Virus record (IMG/VR): IMGVR_UViG_3300032323_002779 | Coordinates: 9,241-73,240 of that record | Direction: 5' to 3' (one strand) | From: a virus | DNA: 64,000 bases | Shown here: positions 39,509-47,568 of the stretch, piece by piece | Numbering within the stretch: the first letter of the stretch is position 1 | Layout of the letters: each line of letters begins with the position of its first letter | Notes under the pieces: generated by a model | The model's input: only the letters and a program-made list of their open reading frames with translations | Databases searched by the model: none | What the model was told of the DNA's origin: nothing | Program-made: the position numbers and the translations under genes

Positions 39509-39637
39509 ATGAAAAACGAAATTGTTCCTTTACTAAAAAGTGTTGCCGTAGTTGTTGTAGGTGTGTTAATTGCGAATTATGTTCAGACAACATTGTTAGC
39601 AAAGAAAGTTGACGCTCCTGCTGATGCAAAAATGTAA
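39509..39637 (+). CDS. Small membrane protein (42 aa, MKNEIVPLLKSVAVVVVGVLIANYVQ...), not in the ORF track
   Basis: Single TM; lies between the promoter element and the capsid candidate. Confidence 0.75.
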   Translation: MKNEIVPLLKSVAVVVVGVLIANYVQTTLLAKKVDAPADAKM

Positions 39638-39692
39638 TTTGGTGTCAAACCGAGTTTAGAAAAAAGTTATTAAATCATAAAAATTAATCAAA

Positions 39693-40394
39693 ATGTCAAA
39701 CGTAAGAAGATATTTAAGCAACGCACGTCAGAGTGCAATGGAATCTTTCTCAAATGCTGACGGATTCATCGACCAAGACTTGTCTTTCACAGGCGATGAT
39801 TTCTTCCGTGCAGATGGAGGAATGTCTATGGGTGGAGATATTCAAACATCTCAACCGTATATTATCAACGTGACTTCTACTTCAGGGTCAGCAGTTGCTA
39901 ATTTTGACGTATTAGGTTCATACCAATACATCAACAACGCAGGTTTCCAAACAAACGGAAACTTGATTATCGGTTCTGTAACTATTAGTTCAGGAATCCC
40001 TAACATTACATACCAAGAGATGTTGTATCAGTTTATGAACAACCCGTATTCTGTTGGTTTAACTTACATTCAATCTGCTACTGCTAACCAAGTGTTACAA
40101 ACATTGGCGGTTAACACACGAGATGCGAATGGTAACTTGGCGCAAAAGACTTTAGTGCCTACAATCGACCCATATCAGCAACAAACTACAATTATTGCGA
40201 TGAAGTATGCTTACAGAATTGATGGTTTCACAAAAATCACAATTGCTCAAGTGTTAGCAAATGCTACTGTATCGTTATACTTCTATCCTGCTGATAACAT
40301 CAACCTTGCGAGAGCATTAGGTGGACAACCTGTAAGCAGACAATTCGGTACGCCTCCTGTAACTAATGGTCAAACCATTAAGTTAAGAGCGTAA
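39693..40394 (+). CDS. Candidate major capsid protein (beta-rich, possibly jelly-roll) with N-terminal extension ending FFRADGG
   Basis: Bounded by two terminators; C-ending codons (TTC/ATC/AAC/TAC) enriched against the AT-rich background; beta-strand-rich, no TM; near the packaging ATPase. Confidence 0.55.
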   Translation: MSNVRRYLSNARQSAMESFSNADGFIDQDLSFTGDDFFRADGGMSMGGDIQTSQPYIINVTSTSGSAVANFDVLGSYQYINNAGFQTNGNLIIGSVTISSGIPNITYQEMLYQFMNNPYSVGLTYIQSATANQVLQTLAVNTRDANGNLAQKTLVPTIDPYQQQTTIIAMKYAYRIDGFTKITIAQVLANATVSLYFYPADNINLARALGGQPVSRQFGTPPVTNGQTIKLRA

Positions 40395-40432
40395 TTATCA
40401 GCAATGATATAACGAATTAATGTATAATTTAG

Positions 40433-40470
40433 AAAGAGAGCAAGTGATTCATTTCTACTTGCTCTTTTTT
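40433..40470 (+). terminator. Rho-independent terminator
   Basis: agagcaagt...acttgctct hairpin followed by a T-run. Confidence 0.8.
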
Positions 40471-40488
40471 GCTTAAAAACAAAAAATT

Positions 40489-40917
40489 ATGAACGTATTC
40501 AGATATGTTGCAGAGTCTAATCCAAATGGCGCAGTACAGATAATCAATTCTTTCGGTTATGATGTTACAAGCACCTCTGATTTAGGTAAAAGTTTGAGTG
40601 AGTTAGTAGCCGAAGTAGGAGAACCTGCTTTCAAAAAGGTTATGGACAACCACCCTGACAAAGATGTTATTTTAGAATTATACGGAAGCGATATTACCAA
40701 AGATAAAGAAGAGAAAACTTGCGGTTGCGACTTTTGTCGAAATAGGTATAGAGCCGTAGAGCATTTACAGTATCTTAACGCCACAGGTAGTGGTACTTTC
40801 GCAGACGAAAAACCAAGTGGTTCTAACACAAATACACATTTATTGGCTAACCAAACAAACGTTATTTTAGTCGTTTCTGCTTTGTTCATAGCAACTGCAT
40901 TAATCTTAAAAAAATAA
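40489..40917 (+). CDS. Helical-domain protein with CGCDFC, YLNATG motif and C-terminal TM
   Basis: ORF; tail anchor plus KK. Confidence 0.8.
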   Translation: MNVFRYVAESNPNGAVQIINSFGYDVTSTSDLGKSLSELVAEVGEPAFKKVMDNHPDKDVILELYGSDITKDKEEKTCGCDFCRNRYRAVEHLQYLNATGSGTFADEKPSGSNTNTHLLANQTNVILVVSALFIATALILKK

Positions 40918-40922
40918 AAAAA

Positions 40923-41642
40923 ATGGCAAAAACAGTCAAACCAACGATTGAAACGGGAGCAATGACTTTAGTCTTGCTTGTTAAGTATTACAAAAGCCAA
41001 ATGATTGCTTTATTGTTGAAGAATGGAGTTACTGTACCAAGAGGGGCTTCTGACCAACAAATCGCAATGCTTATGGCTAATTTATTAAAAGTGTCAAAAT
41101 CATTTTTTGTTGATTTGAACAATTTTATTCAAAATCCAAAAGTTATTGAAACTCTTGCGGGAGGAATGACGCAAACCGCCGAATACTTTAAAATGAGTGG
41201 AAACGCTCAATATTTTAGAATGAGTGGAAATGCTCAATATTTTAAAATGAGCGGAAAGGGCTATATGAATAGCACAGGCGGAGAAGACGGTTTTACAGAC
41301 ACAGGAGAACCTGCACCGTCAGGAACGCCAATAAAAGATAAAGAGGGTTTTTGGTCAAACCTTAATTTCGGAAATTTATTTTCTCAAGCATTAGGTGCTT
41401 TTGGACAGTTTAACACTAACCAAGCCAACGTTGCTATTGCTAATGCTCACGCACAATCACAACAAGCAGGTTCAGACGTAGGTTCAGGTGGAGTCACAGG
41501 TGGAGGCGCAGGTGGAAGCACAAGTTCAGGGAAAAAAACTCCTGAAAAGGGAATGTCAACAACTACAATTGTAGTATTGAGTTTGTTGGGTGTTGCCGTA
41601 ATAGGAACAATTATCTACTTCGTAGCAAAACCTAAAGAATAA
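40923..41642 (+). CDS. Helical domain, (YF[KR]MSG)x3, Q/N/A/G-rich segment and C-terminal TM
   Basis: ORF with an internal 27-nt repeat. Confidence 0.8.
   Translation: MAKTVKPTIETGAMTLVLLVKYYKSQMIALLLKNGVTVPRGASDQQIAMLMANLLKVSKSFFVDLNNFIQNPKVIETLAGGMTQTAEYFKMSGNAQYFRMSGNAQYFKMSGKGYMNSTGGEDGFTDTGEPAPSGTPIKDKEGFWSNLNFGNLFSQALGAFGQFNTNQANVAIANAHAQSQQAGSDVGSGGVTGGGAGGSTSSGKKTPEKGMSTTTIVVLSLLGVAVIGTIIYFVAKPKE
41184..41255 (+). repeat. 27-nt repeat (three copies, the last partial) encoding YF[KR]MSG(NAQ)
   Basis: tactttaaaatgagtggaaacgctcaa / tattttagaatgagtggaaatgctcaa / tattttaaaatgagcgga. Confidence 0.9.
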
Positions 41643-41654
41643 AAACAAACAGTT

Positions 41655-41882
41655 ATGGTTATTGATGAACAAATGTTGTCAAAAATAATTGGGTCTTCTG
41701 TTGGAATGTACCCAAATGATGTAGCGGATATGCTTGTTCGTAATAACGTACTTGCACCCGCACCTGATTACACGCTAAACCAATTGGTAGAGGGTGTTTT
41801 TGTTGGTTTAAATCAAAACCCAAGTTTTACTCAAGAGTATGGTTCTTGGTTAGAGCAAATCGTAACTACATTAACTTTTTAA
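41655..41882 (+). CDS. Stand-alone helical domain resembling the N-terminus of 40923
   Basis: V.D.L.RN.V.....L...V...L.....F pattern. Confidence 0.7.
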   Translation: MVIDEQMLSKIIGSSVGMYPNDVADMLVRNNVLAPAPDYTLNQLVEGVFVGLNQNPSFTQEYGSWLEQIVTTLTF

Positions 41883-41892
41883 ATATATAGAT

Positions 41893-42201
41893 ATGGCTTG
41901 GGATTGGGGAGGAATAGTTAAGTCGATAGCACCTGCTCTTGTAGGTTTTGGGACAAGTATGATTGTCAATAATCAAAACGTCAAAAACGCACAAGGTCAA
42001 GCAAACGCAACTCAAAATGCACTTAATCAGCAATATCAAATTGCTTTGCAAAATCAGCAAAACATAAAATTGATGCAACAGGCAGGTCAAGCACCTCCTG
42101 AAAAAGAAAAAAGCAATTTACCTCTTTACATAGGTTTAGGTGTTGGCGGAGTAGTATTACTTGGAGTTGTAATATTTGCGGTCACACGGAGGTCTAATTA
42201 A
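41893..42201 (+). CDS. Q/N/A-rich tail-anchored protein
   Basis: Amphipathic N-terminus, Q-rich coil, C-terminal TM. Confidence 0.8.
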   Translation: MAWDWGGIVKSIAPALVGFGTSMIVNNQNVKNAQGQANATQNALNQQYQIALQNQQNIKLMQQAGQAPPEKEKSNLPLYIGLGVGGVVLLGVVIFAVTRRSN

Positions 42202-42214
42202 TTAAACATCTATT

Positions 42215-42430
42215 ATGCAAAATTTTATAGCGGAAGCAAAGGCAATTGCGAGTAAAGACAAAAGAGAAGTTCTTATGGTAACTACAAGAGCATCAGTTAA
42301 TGGTGCGGTTACGGGACTTGTTTTAGGTCTTATGCTTGGATATTGGAAAAACAAAAACGTTTATGTAACGGGTCTTGTGGGTGCTATTATTGGTGGCGTT
42401 GCTACAAGCATTATAGTTAACAAAAAATAA
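42215..42430 (+). CDS. Small two-TM glycine-zipper protein
   Basis: GxxxG-rich helices. Confidence 0.75.
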   Translation: MQNFIAEAKAIASKDKREVLMVTTRASVNGAVTGLVLGLMLGYWKNKNVYVTGLVGAIIGGVATSIIVNKK

Positions 42431-42437
42431 ATCAAAA

Positions 42438-42548
42438 ATGAAAAAACCAAATATTTTAATGGCGGTAGTAGGATTAGTAGTTTCTATTGGAGTTATTTAT
42501 GGCTACACATACGTTATAGGAAAGTCTTGGAAAGCAAGTCAAAAATAA
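42438..42548 (+). CDS. Small membrane protein (36 aa, ends GKSWKASQK), not in the ORF track
   Basis: TM; resembles 43587 (GRAWKKSQ). Confidence 0.7.
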   Translation: MKKPNILMAVVGLVVSIGVIYGYTYVIGKSWKASQK

Positions 42549-42567
42549 TCTAACTTTTTAAATCAAA

Positions 42568-42990
42568 ATGAAAAAAGAGTATATCATCGGAGGTTTAGCA
42601 CTATTAGGCGTTATTGGGGTTATTTCTTATTTGAGAAAACCAAAGAGAAATTCAGAGGGCTTTTATAATGCGGTAGGAACAAAAACGGCAGGAAATATTC
42701 GACCGTTCCCGACAAAACAAGAGGTTTGTAATTTGCCTAATAATTTTGTTAGACAAGTAGTTACTAATAACAATGGCGTGACTAAAACTTTTTGTGGTAG
42801 ATACGATAGGGTTGTAACTATGACTCCAACAGGTAAAGGGTTTCAATATAGATTACGACCTGAAATTCCAAATGCAACTTTTGTGAATGGTGGTTTTGTA
42901 AATTCAAACGGAACAAGTATTGTTACAACATTTCAAATAATTAGTGGTTCTGATTATGAATCCGCATTTATAAATGGACAATACTGTTAA
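42568..42990 (+). CDS. MKKEY-leader family protein 3
   Basis: Constant leader to EGFYNAVG, then a variable domain with 3 Cys. Confidence 0.8.
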   Translation: MKKEYIIGGLALLGVIGVISYLRKPKRNSEGFYNAVGTKTAGNIRPFPTKQEVCNLPNNFVRQVVTNNNGVTKTFCGRYDRVVTMTPTGKGFQYRLRPEIPNATFVNGGFVNSNGTSIVTTFQIISGSDYESAFINGQYC

Positions 42991-43017
42991 AAAACATTAA
43001 TCAATAAATCAAAAAAA

Positions 43018-43278
43018 ATGAAGAAAGAGTATATCATCGGAGGTTTAGCACTATTAGGCGTTATTGGGGTTGTTTCTTATTTGAGAAAACCAAAGAGAAA
43101 TTCAGAGGGTTTTTTCGGAGCGTCAGGTAGAGGCAGTTCGATAAGAAGAGTTTCAAGTCAAAATTGCGCTTGGTGCAAAACGAATGACGGAACTATTTAT
43201 CACACAGGAGGCGACAGAAATTGTAGCGCAGGAGATAGATGTATCACAAGATACGCTTTTTCTAAAGGCATTAATTAA
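43018..43278 (+). CDS. MKKEY-leader family protein 4
   Basis: Leader to EGFFGASG, then CxxC...C...GDRC. Confidence 0.8.
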   Translation: MKKEYIIGGLALLGVIGVVSYLRKPKRNSEGFFGASGRGSSIRRVSSQNCAWCKTNDGTIYHTGGDRNCSAGDRCITRYAFSKGIN

Positions 43279-43296
43279 TCATTAAAATCAAATAAA

Positions 43297-43542
43297 ATGA
43301 AAAAAGAGTATATCATCGGAGGTTTAGCCTTGTTAGGCATTATTGGGGTTGTTTCTTATTTAAGAAAACCAAAAAGAAATTCAGAGGGCTTCTTTGGAGC
43401 AAGTGGAAGAACGAGTACAGGAGGTTGTAGAGTTTGTGAGGGCGGAAGCAGTAATTATTTTGCCGTTTATGGTCAATGCAGACGAGGCGACAGATGTTTA
43501 CAAACTGTAAAACAGTTTACTCAAGCGCAAAGTATGGATTAA
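43297..43542 (+). CDS. MKKEY-leader family protein 5
   Basis: Leader to EGFFGASG, then CxxC...C..GDRC. Confidence 0.8.
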   Translation: MKKEYIIGGLALLGIIGVVSYLRKPKRNSEGFFGASGRTSTGGCRVCEGGSSNYFAVYGQCRRGDRCLQTVKQFTQAQSMD

Positions 43543-43586
43543 GAACTTTTGTTAAAAAAAACATTAATAAAATAAAATTTAAGAAT

Positions 43587-43721
43587 ATGGACAATTTTTA
43601 TGACAATCAAAAAAAGGCGAGTACAACAGATAAATTGATTTACATTGGGGTATCAGCGGTAGTTGTATTTGGATTGGTTTATCTTGTAGGTCGTGCTTGG
43701 AAAAAAAGTCAAACTGCATAA
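43587..43721 (+). CDS. Small membrane protein (44 aa)
   Basis: ATG 43587 preferred over the 43476 track start; TM. Confidence 0.7.
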   Translation: MDNFYDNQKKASTTDKLIYIGVSAVVVFGLVYLVGRAWKKSQTA

Positions 43722-43727
43722 TTAATT

Positions 43728-44135
43728 ATGGTTTCTGTTCCGCACCCTAAATATAAATTTAAGGAGGATTTTACTGCGAAGTTATGTACTAACTACATAG
43801 AGTCTTACACCACTAAAACACCTTGTAAATCTTACGAGGATTTAGTGTTTAAAAAGGGGAATGTTTTTGAGGCGGTAAAAAACATCAATATAACTGACCC
43901 AAATGTAATTGTTGGGTTGGCTAAAATGACACCTTTTCAAGTCCCTTTAAATGTTTTAGAAAAAGTTGACGATTCAACACCAATTACAGACATTATTCAA
44001 GGCGACCCTTTGGTTAACAAAGCGAAAAAACAAGCGGAAACAGATGCGGAAGAAAAAAAAGTAAAAATGATGTTTATTGTACCTACAATCGCTATATTAG
44101 CAATTGTTTGGATATACGGCATTAAAAAACTTTAA
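43728..44135 (+). CDS. Tail-anchored FKKG/SH3-like family protein
   Basis: KYKFKEDF..FKKGNVF..VPLNVLEKV; C-terminal TM. Confidence 0.75.
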   Translation: MVSVPHPKYKFKEDFTAKLCTNYIESYTTKTPCKSYEDLVFKKGNVFEAVKNINITDPNVIVGLAKMTPFQVPLNVLEKVDDSTPITDIIQGDPLVNKAKKQAETDAEEKKVKMMFIVPTIAILAIVWIYGIKKL

Positions 44136-44138
44136 ATT

Positions 44139-44315
44139 ATGCAAAAAGTTATAAAAGTAGGAGCGTTATTAGTAGTATCTACGGGTATTATTTACGCCTC
44201 TTACATTATGTACGATAACTATGTTAAGAAGCATAAAAAGCCACAAGAGGTTCAACCTTTATTTTCAGGAGGTACAATGGGTAACATTGGTTGCATACAA
44301 CCTCCCTGTTTTTAA
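44139..44315 (+). CDS. Small membrane protein (58 aa, ends LFSGGTMGNIGCIQPPCF), not in the ORF track
   Basis: N-terminal TM; fills the gap. Confidence 0.7.
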   Translation: MQKVIKVGALLVVSTGIIYASYIMYDNYVKKHKKPQEVQPLFSGGTMGNIGCIQPPCF

Positions 44316-44329
44316 GAAAAAAAATTATT

Positions 44330-44632
44330 ATGAGTAAAAATACAATGCTTTACGGATTATTGATTGCAGGGGGTTTACTTGCTTACTTCGCTTGGAAAAA
44401 AAAGAGCGCAGAATCGGCAAAATCTTCTGAAACCGCATCTAATTCTACTTCAGGGACTTTTGTAGATGACGTTCCTGTTTCACAAGAAGTTGCTAATGAG
44501 TTGTTGCAGGGTACAGGCGGTATTAGACCTCCAAAAACCATAAAAAACACGTTAAGTCAAATTGCCGAGCCTTTAATCGGGACAAAGCAACAAGTGGAAT
44601 TATCAGGCAAGGGTCAATTCCTTGAATCATAA
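44330..44632 (+). CDS. Signal-anchored membrane protein
   Basis: ATG 44330; TM plus WKKK. Confidence 0.75.
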   Translation: MSKNTMLYGLLIAGGLLAYFAWKKKSAESAKSSETASNSTSGTFVDDVPVSQEVANELLQGTGGIRPPKTIKNTLSQIAEPLIGTKQQVELSGKGQFLES

Positions 44633-44644
44633 AAACGAAACCTT

Positions 44645-44791
44645 ATGGAAACTAAAAAAATCATAGGAATAGTAATGTTAGGTGCTTCTGTGGGGCTATT
44701 AGTTTTTCTCTACAAGGGCTATTTACAACCAAGAATAGAAGTTGATAACGAGGCAAAAGACGGTAAGACTTCTCCAACAACAACAAAATAA
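44645..44791 (+). CDS. Small membrane protein (48 aa, METKKIIGIVMLG...), not in the ORF track
   Basis: N-terminal TM; fills the gap. Confidence 0.7.
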   Translation: METKKIIGIVMLGASVGLLVFLYKGYLQPRIEVDNEAKDGKTSPTTTK

Positions 44792-44797
44792 CAAGAT

Positions 44798-45130
44798 ATG
44801 GAAGCAGAAAAGAAAAGTCCTAATAAACTTTGGAGAGAAAGTGGAACTTCATTAAGTTTTGCTGATTGGATTCAAAGAGAAAAAGACAAAGGTGCTTTTT
44901 TAGCCAATAAAAAATTCGAGAACTTCGCAAGTGTTGAGGGAGGAATCGACTATATGGATTGGATTGAAAAAATTAAGGCGCAAAACAGACTTGATTTAGG
45001 GATTGATAAGGTTATTGACCCAAACAAAAAAGACAATACGTTTTTAGGTTTAAGCAAACCTGTATTGATTGTGTCGGGGTTATTGATACTTGGGGCAATA
45101 GGGTATAAGATTTATCAAAATAGAAAGTAG
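44798..45130 (+). CDS. Tail-anchored protein
   Basis: C-terminal TM; internal FASVEGG. Confidence 0.75.
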   Translation: MEAEKKSPNKLWRESGTSLSFADWIQREKDKGAFLANKKFENFASVEGGIDYMDWIEKIKAQNRLDLGIDKVIDPNKKDNTFLGLSKPVLIVSGLLILGAIGYKIYQNRK

Positions 45131-45131
45131 T

Positions 45132-45917
45132 ATGAATTTAAGGTTAGATACACGATACGAAGAAATGTGCTTGGTGGTAAAAGTAGCAGTTACAATGCCT
45201 ACTAAAGTCAGAATTAGAATTTTTGACGAGCAAAAGCCGAAAATCGTTTTTACCGACAGATATAAAACCGTTACTTCTGACTACACTTTTTATGTTCGTA
45301 TGCCAATTACTTCCAAAAGCATTATAGTTTCTGTTTACGATGATAAAAAAGGGAATACGCCTCAAGAACAAGAAAAAAACGTAAGGGTGGTTTCGGTTGA
45401 CAAAACTCCTTTACAAAAAAGAATTGACGTAGTTGATATTCACAATCCGACCATAGCGTATTTCGTTGATTTTGCGCAAAGATTTTGTTTTAATGCACCT
45501 TATCTACAAGCAAACAAGTCTTATCAGTCAGATAACGGAAATTTTATGATTGAGTACTTGCCAACGATAGTGGATTCAAGAGGAAAGGAACTTACAACAC
45601 CTGCGAGAATATCAAGAATTTCAGGTCGTATTCAAGTTTCAAAGAAACAGTTTGACGAATACACAGTACCAATGAGATTTGCCATTCTTTGTCACGAGTT
45701 CGCTCATTTCTACGTTAACGAAGATATGACCGATGAAAGTGAGGCTGACATAAATGGATTGTTGATTTATTTAGGGCTTGGTTATCCAAGAATCGAAGCG
45801 TTTGAAGCGTTTTTAGAAGTTTTTGAGCATTACCCAAGTCAAGAGAACAAAAGACGTTACGATAAGATTAAAAATTTTATCGACAACTTTGAAAAAAACA
45901 ATATTGTATTTAGATAA
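45132..45917 (+). CDS. Zincin-like metalloprotease
   Basis: ILCHEFAH (HExxH) followed by E.EAD third-ligand motif; soluble gene amid membrane genes. Confidence 0.7.
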   Translation: MNLRLDTRYEEMCLVVKVAVTMPTKVRIRIFDEQKPKIVFTDRYKTVTSDYTFYVRMPITSKSIIVSVYDDKKGNTPQEQEKNVRVVSVDKTPLQKRIDVVDIHNPTIAYFVDFAQRFCFNAPYLQANKSYQSDNGNFMIEYLPTIVDSRGKELTTPARISRISGRIQVSKKQFDEYTVPMRFAILCHEFAHFYVNEDMTDESEADINGLLIYLGLGYPRIEAFEAFLEVFEHYPSQENKRRYDKIKNFIDNFEKNNIVFR

Positions 45918-45928
45918 AATTTACAGTT

Positions 45929-46876
45929 ATGGAAAAAGACCAATCAATGATAAGACCAATTAAAGGAGGTGTTTCAGTTATAAATGAGAATCCGATAGGT
46001 GTTCTTGAGAAATTAGGTAAGTATGAATTTGTTTATGATTACAAAGTGCCTAATTATTGGGATAATTTAATGTCGGTGTCTTTTCCGAAACCTGTAAAGG
46101 TAAATTCAGACCCGCAAAGTGGACTTTTGTCGGGAGAATCTCTCCCGCAACCTGTTAAAATAAATTCAGAGGCGCAAGTTGGTTTTTTCTCAAAGGGTAA
46201 TATTGTAAATGTTCTTCGTTTTGACGGAAACAATGCTATTATCGAAAACATTAATTATAAAGCCCCTGACCCAACTGTCGTAAAGACTGTTTGGGGAGAA
46301 TTATTAGGGAGTGTCTTAAATAAAAAAGAATTTTCTGTTCCTAAAGATTATTTAAGAAAGGCAGACGATACTTTAGAGCCAACGCTTTTAACAGGAATTA
46401 ATTATGGGACTAATATGAAGCAACCAACTTTCATTATGCCTCCTGTAAAACCAATTCCTTATAGCCCTGTAACCCAAACTATTCTTGAAGAAAACGCAAG
46501 TTTTGTTTTAAATAGAGATTTTCAGTACGTTTCACATTATGGTTCAAGTTATTGTAGTCCTGACGGATTGTGTACTACGGATATGTCGCCTAAATTTTCT
46601 ACTCTTAAAGCAGGAACTAAAGTAACAGGTCGCTTATTTAGCGAAAGCCAAACATTCAAGACATCTATGGTTATAGTTGAGCCAAAACAATTTCTTGCCG
46701 TTAAAGGTTATGGAGATAAAGGCTCAATTAATATTCCAATAGAATTTTTAACAAAAGAAGTTCCAACAAATAGCGGTGCGGTTGTTCCCGCAAAAAATGA
46801 CAACAAAAATCTGTTGATGATAGTAGGTGCTTTTTTAGTAGGCTACGTTGTATTCAGCAAAGGAAAGAGCGAATAA
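45929..46876 (+). CDS. Tail-anchored protein with two SH3-like modules; paralog of 46892
   Basis: LGKYEF..DY, FSKGNIV, KNLLMI-TM-KSE. Confidence 0.75.
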   Translation: MEKDQSMIRPIKGGVSVINENPIGVLEKLGKYEFVYDYKVPNYWDNLMSVSFPKPVKVNSDPQSGLLSGESLPQPVKINSEAQVGFFSKGNIVNVLRFDGNNAIIENINYKAPDPTVVKTVWGELLGSVLNKKEFSVPKDYLRKADDTLEPTLLTGINYGTNMKQPTFIMPPVKPIPYSPVTQTILEENASFVLNRDFQYVSHYGSSYCSPDGLCTTDMSPKFSTLKAGTKVTGRLFSESQTFKTSMVIVEPKQFLAVKGYGDKGSINIPIEFLTKEVPTNSGAVVPAKNDNKNLLMIVGAFLVGYVVFSKGKSE

Positions 46877-46891
46877 TTAAAAAAGGAAGTT

Positions 46892-47566
46892 ATGGCACTT
46901 GCAAAAAAACAACTAATAAATACCCAATTTCTAACTCCTATGCAGGAAATAGAAGTTTTGGAAATACAACCAATTGTAAAAGAAAAACCGTTGGGTAAAT
47001 TTGTTTTTTTATTCGATTACGAAACAACAATCTATACTAACGAGGCAAAGACAATAATGGCTCAATCTAAAGGTAATTTTATTTTGCCTCCCAATTCATC
47101 ATTTAATTTAAGATACTCAAAAGGAGATGTTGTTGATGTTGTTGGGTTAGGGGTTAATAGCAATGGAATCGGAAGCACGATAAATAGTGATTTAAAAATT
47201 ATTGATGTTCCTAAATTTGTAAAACCGTTGTGTACGAGTTTAACACCTTATACGGAAACTTGTCCAACGCCCCAATCATATTCGCCAACAATAACAATTG
47301 ACAATAGTTTAGGGTTTTTACAAAAAGTAGCCGATTCAACACCTGCGACATTAAAATTAGGCAAAAACTTTGGAAGTAACCCAAATCCTAAAATCCAACC
47401 TGTAATGCCTATTCAAACAGATATAAAAACAGACGCTCCTGTTGTAGTCTATGGTGTTCAAAATGCAACAGAAACAGAAAGTTTTTTTGACGATAAAAAT
47501 AATTTACTAATGGTAGCGGGTATTCTTTTAATTGGGTACTTGTTACTGAACGATAAAAGCGAATAA
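46892..47566 (+). CDS. Tail-anchored protein; paralog of 45929
   Basis: LGKFVF..DY, YSKGDVV, KNNLLMV-TM-KSE. Confidence 0.75.
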   Translation: MALAKKQLINTQFLTPMQEIEVLEIQPIVKEKPLGKFVFLFDYETTIYTNEAKTIMAQSKGNFILPPNSSFNLRYSKGDVVDVVGLGVNSNGIGSTINSDLKIIDVPKFVKPLCTSLTPYTETCPTPQSYSPTITIDNSLGFLQKVADSTPATLKLGKNFGSNPNPKIQPVMPIQTDIKTDAPVVVYGVQNATETESFFDDKNNLLMVAGILLIGYLLLNDKSE

Positions 47567-47568
47567 TT

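Noticed and set aside
29915-43542. Classical RiPP/bacteriocin gene cluster
   Set aside because: No modifying enzyme or C39-peptidase ABC transporter is present and the leader is a TM anchor; kept only as an architectural analogy
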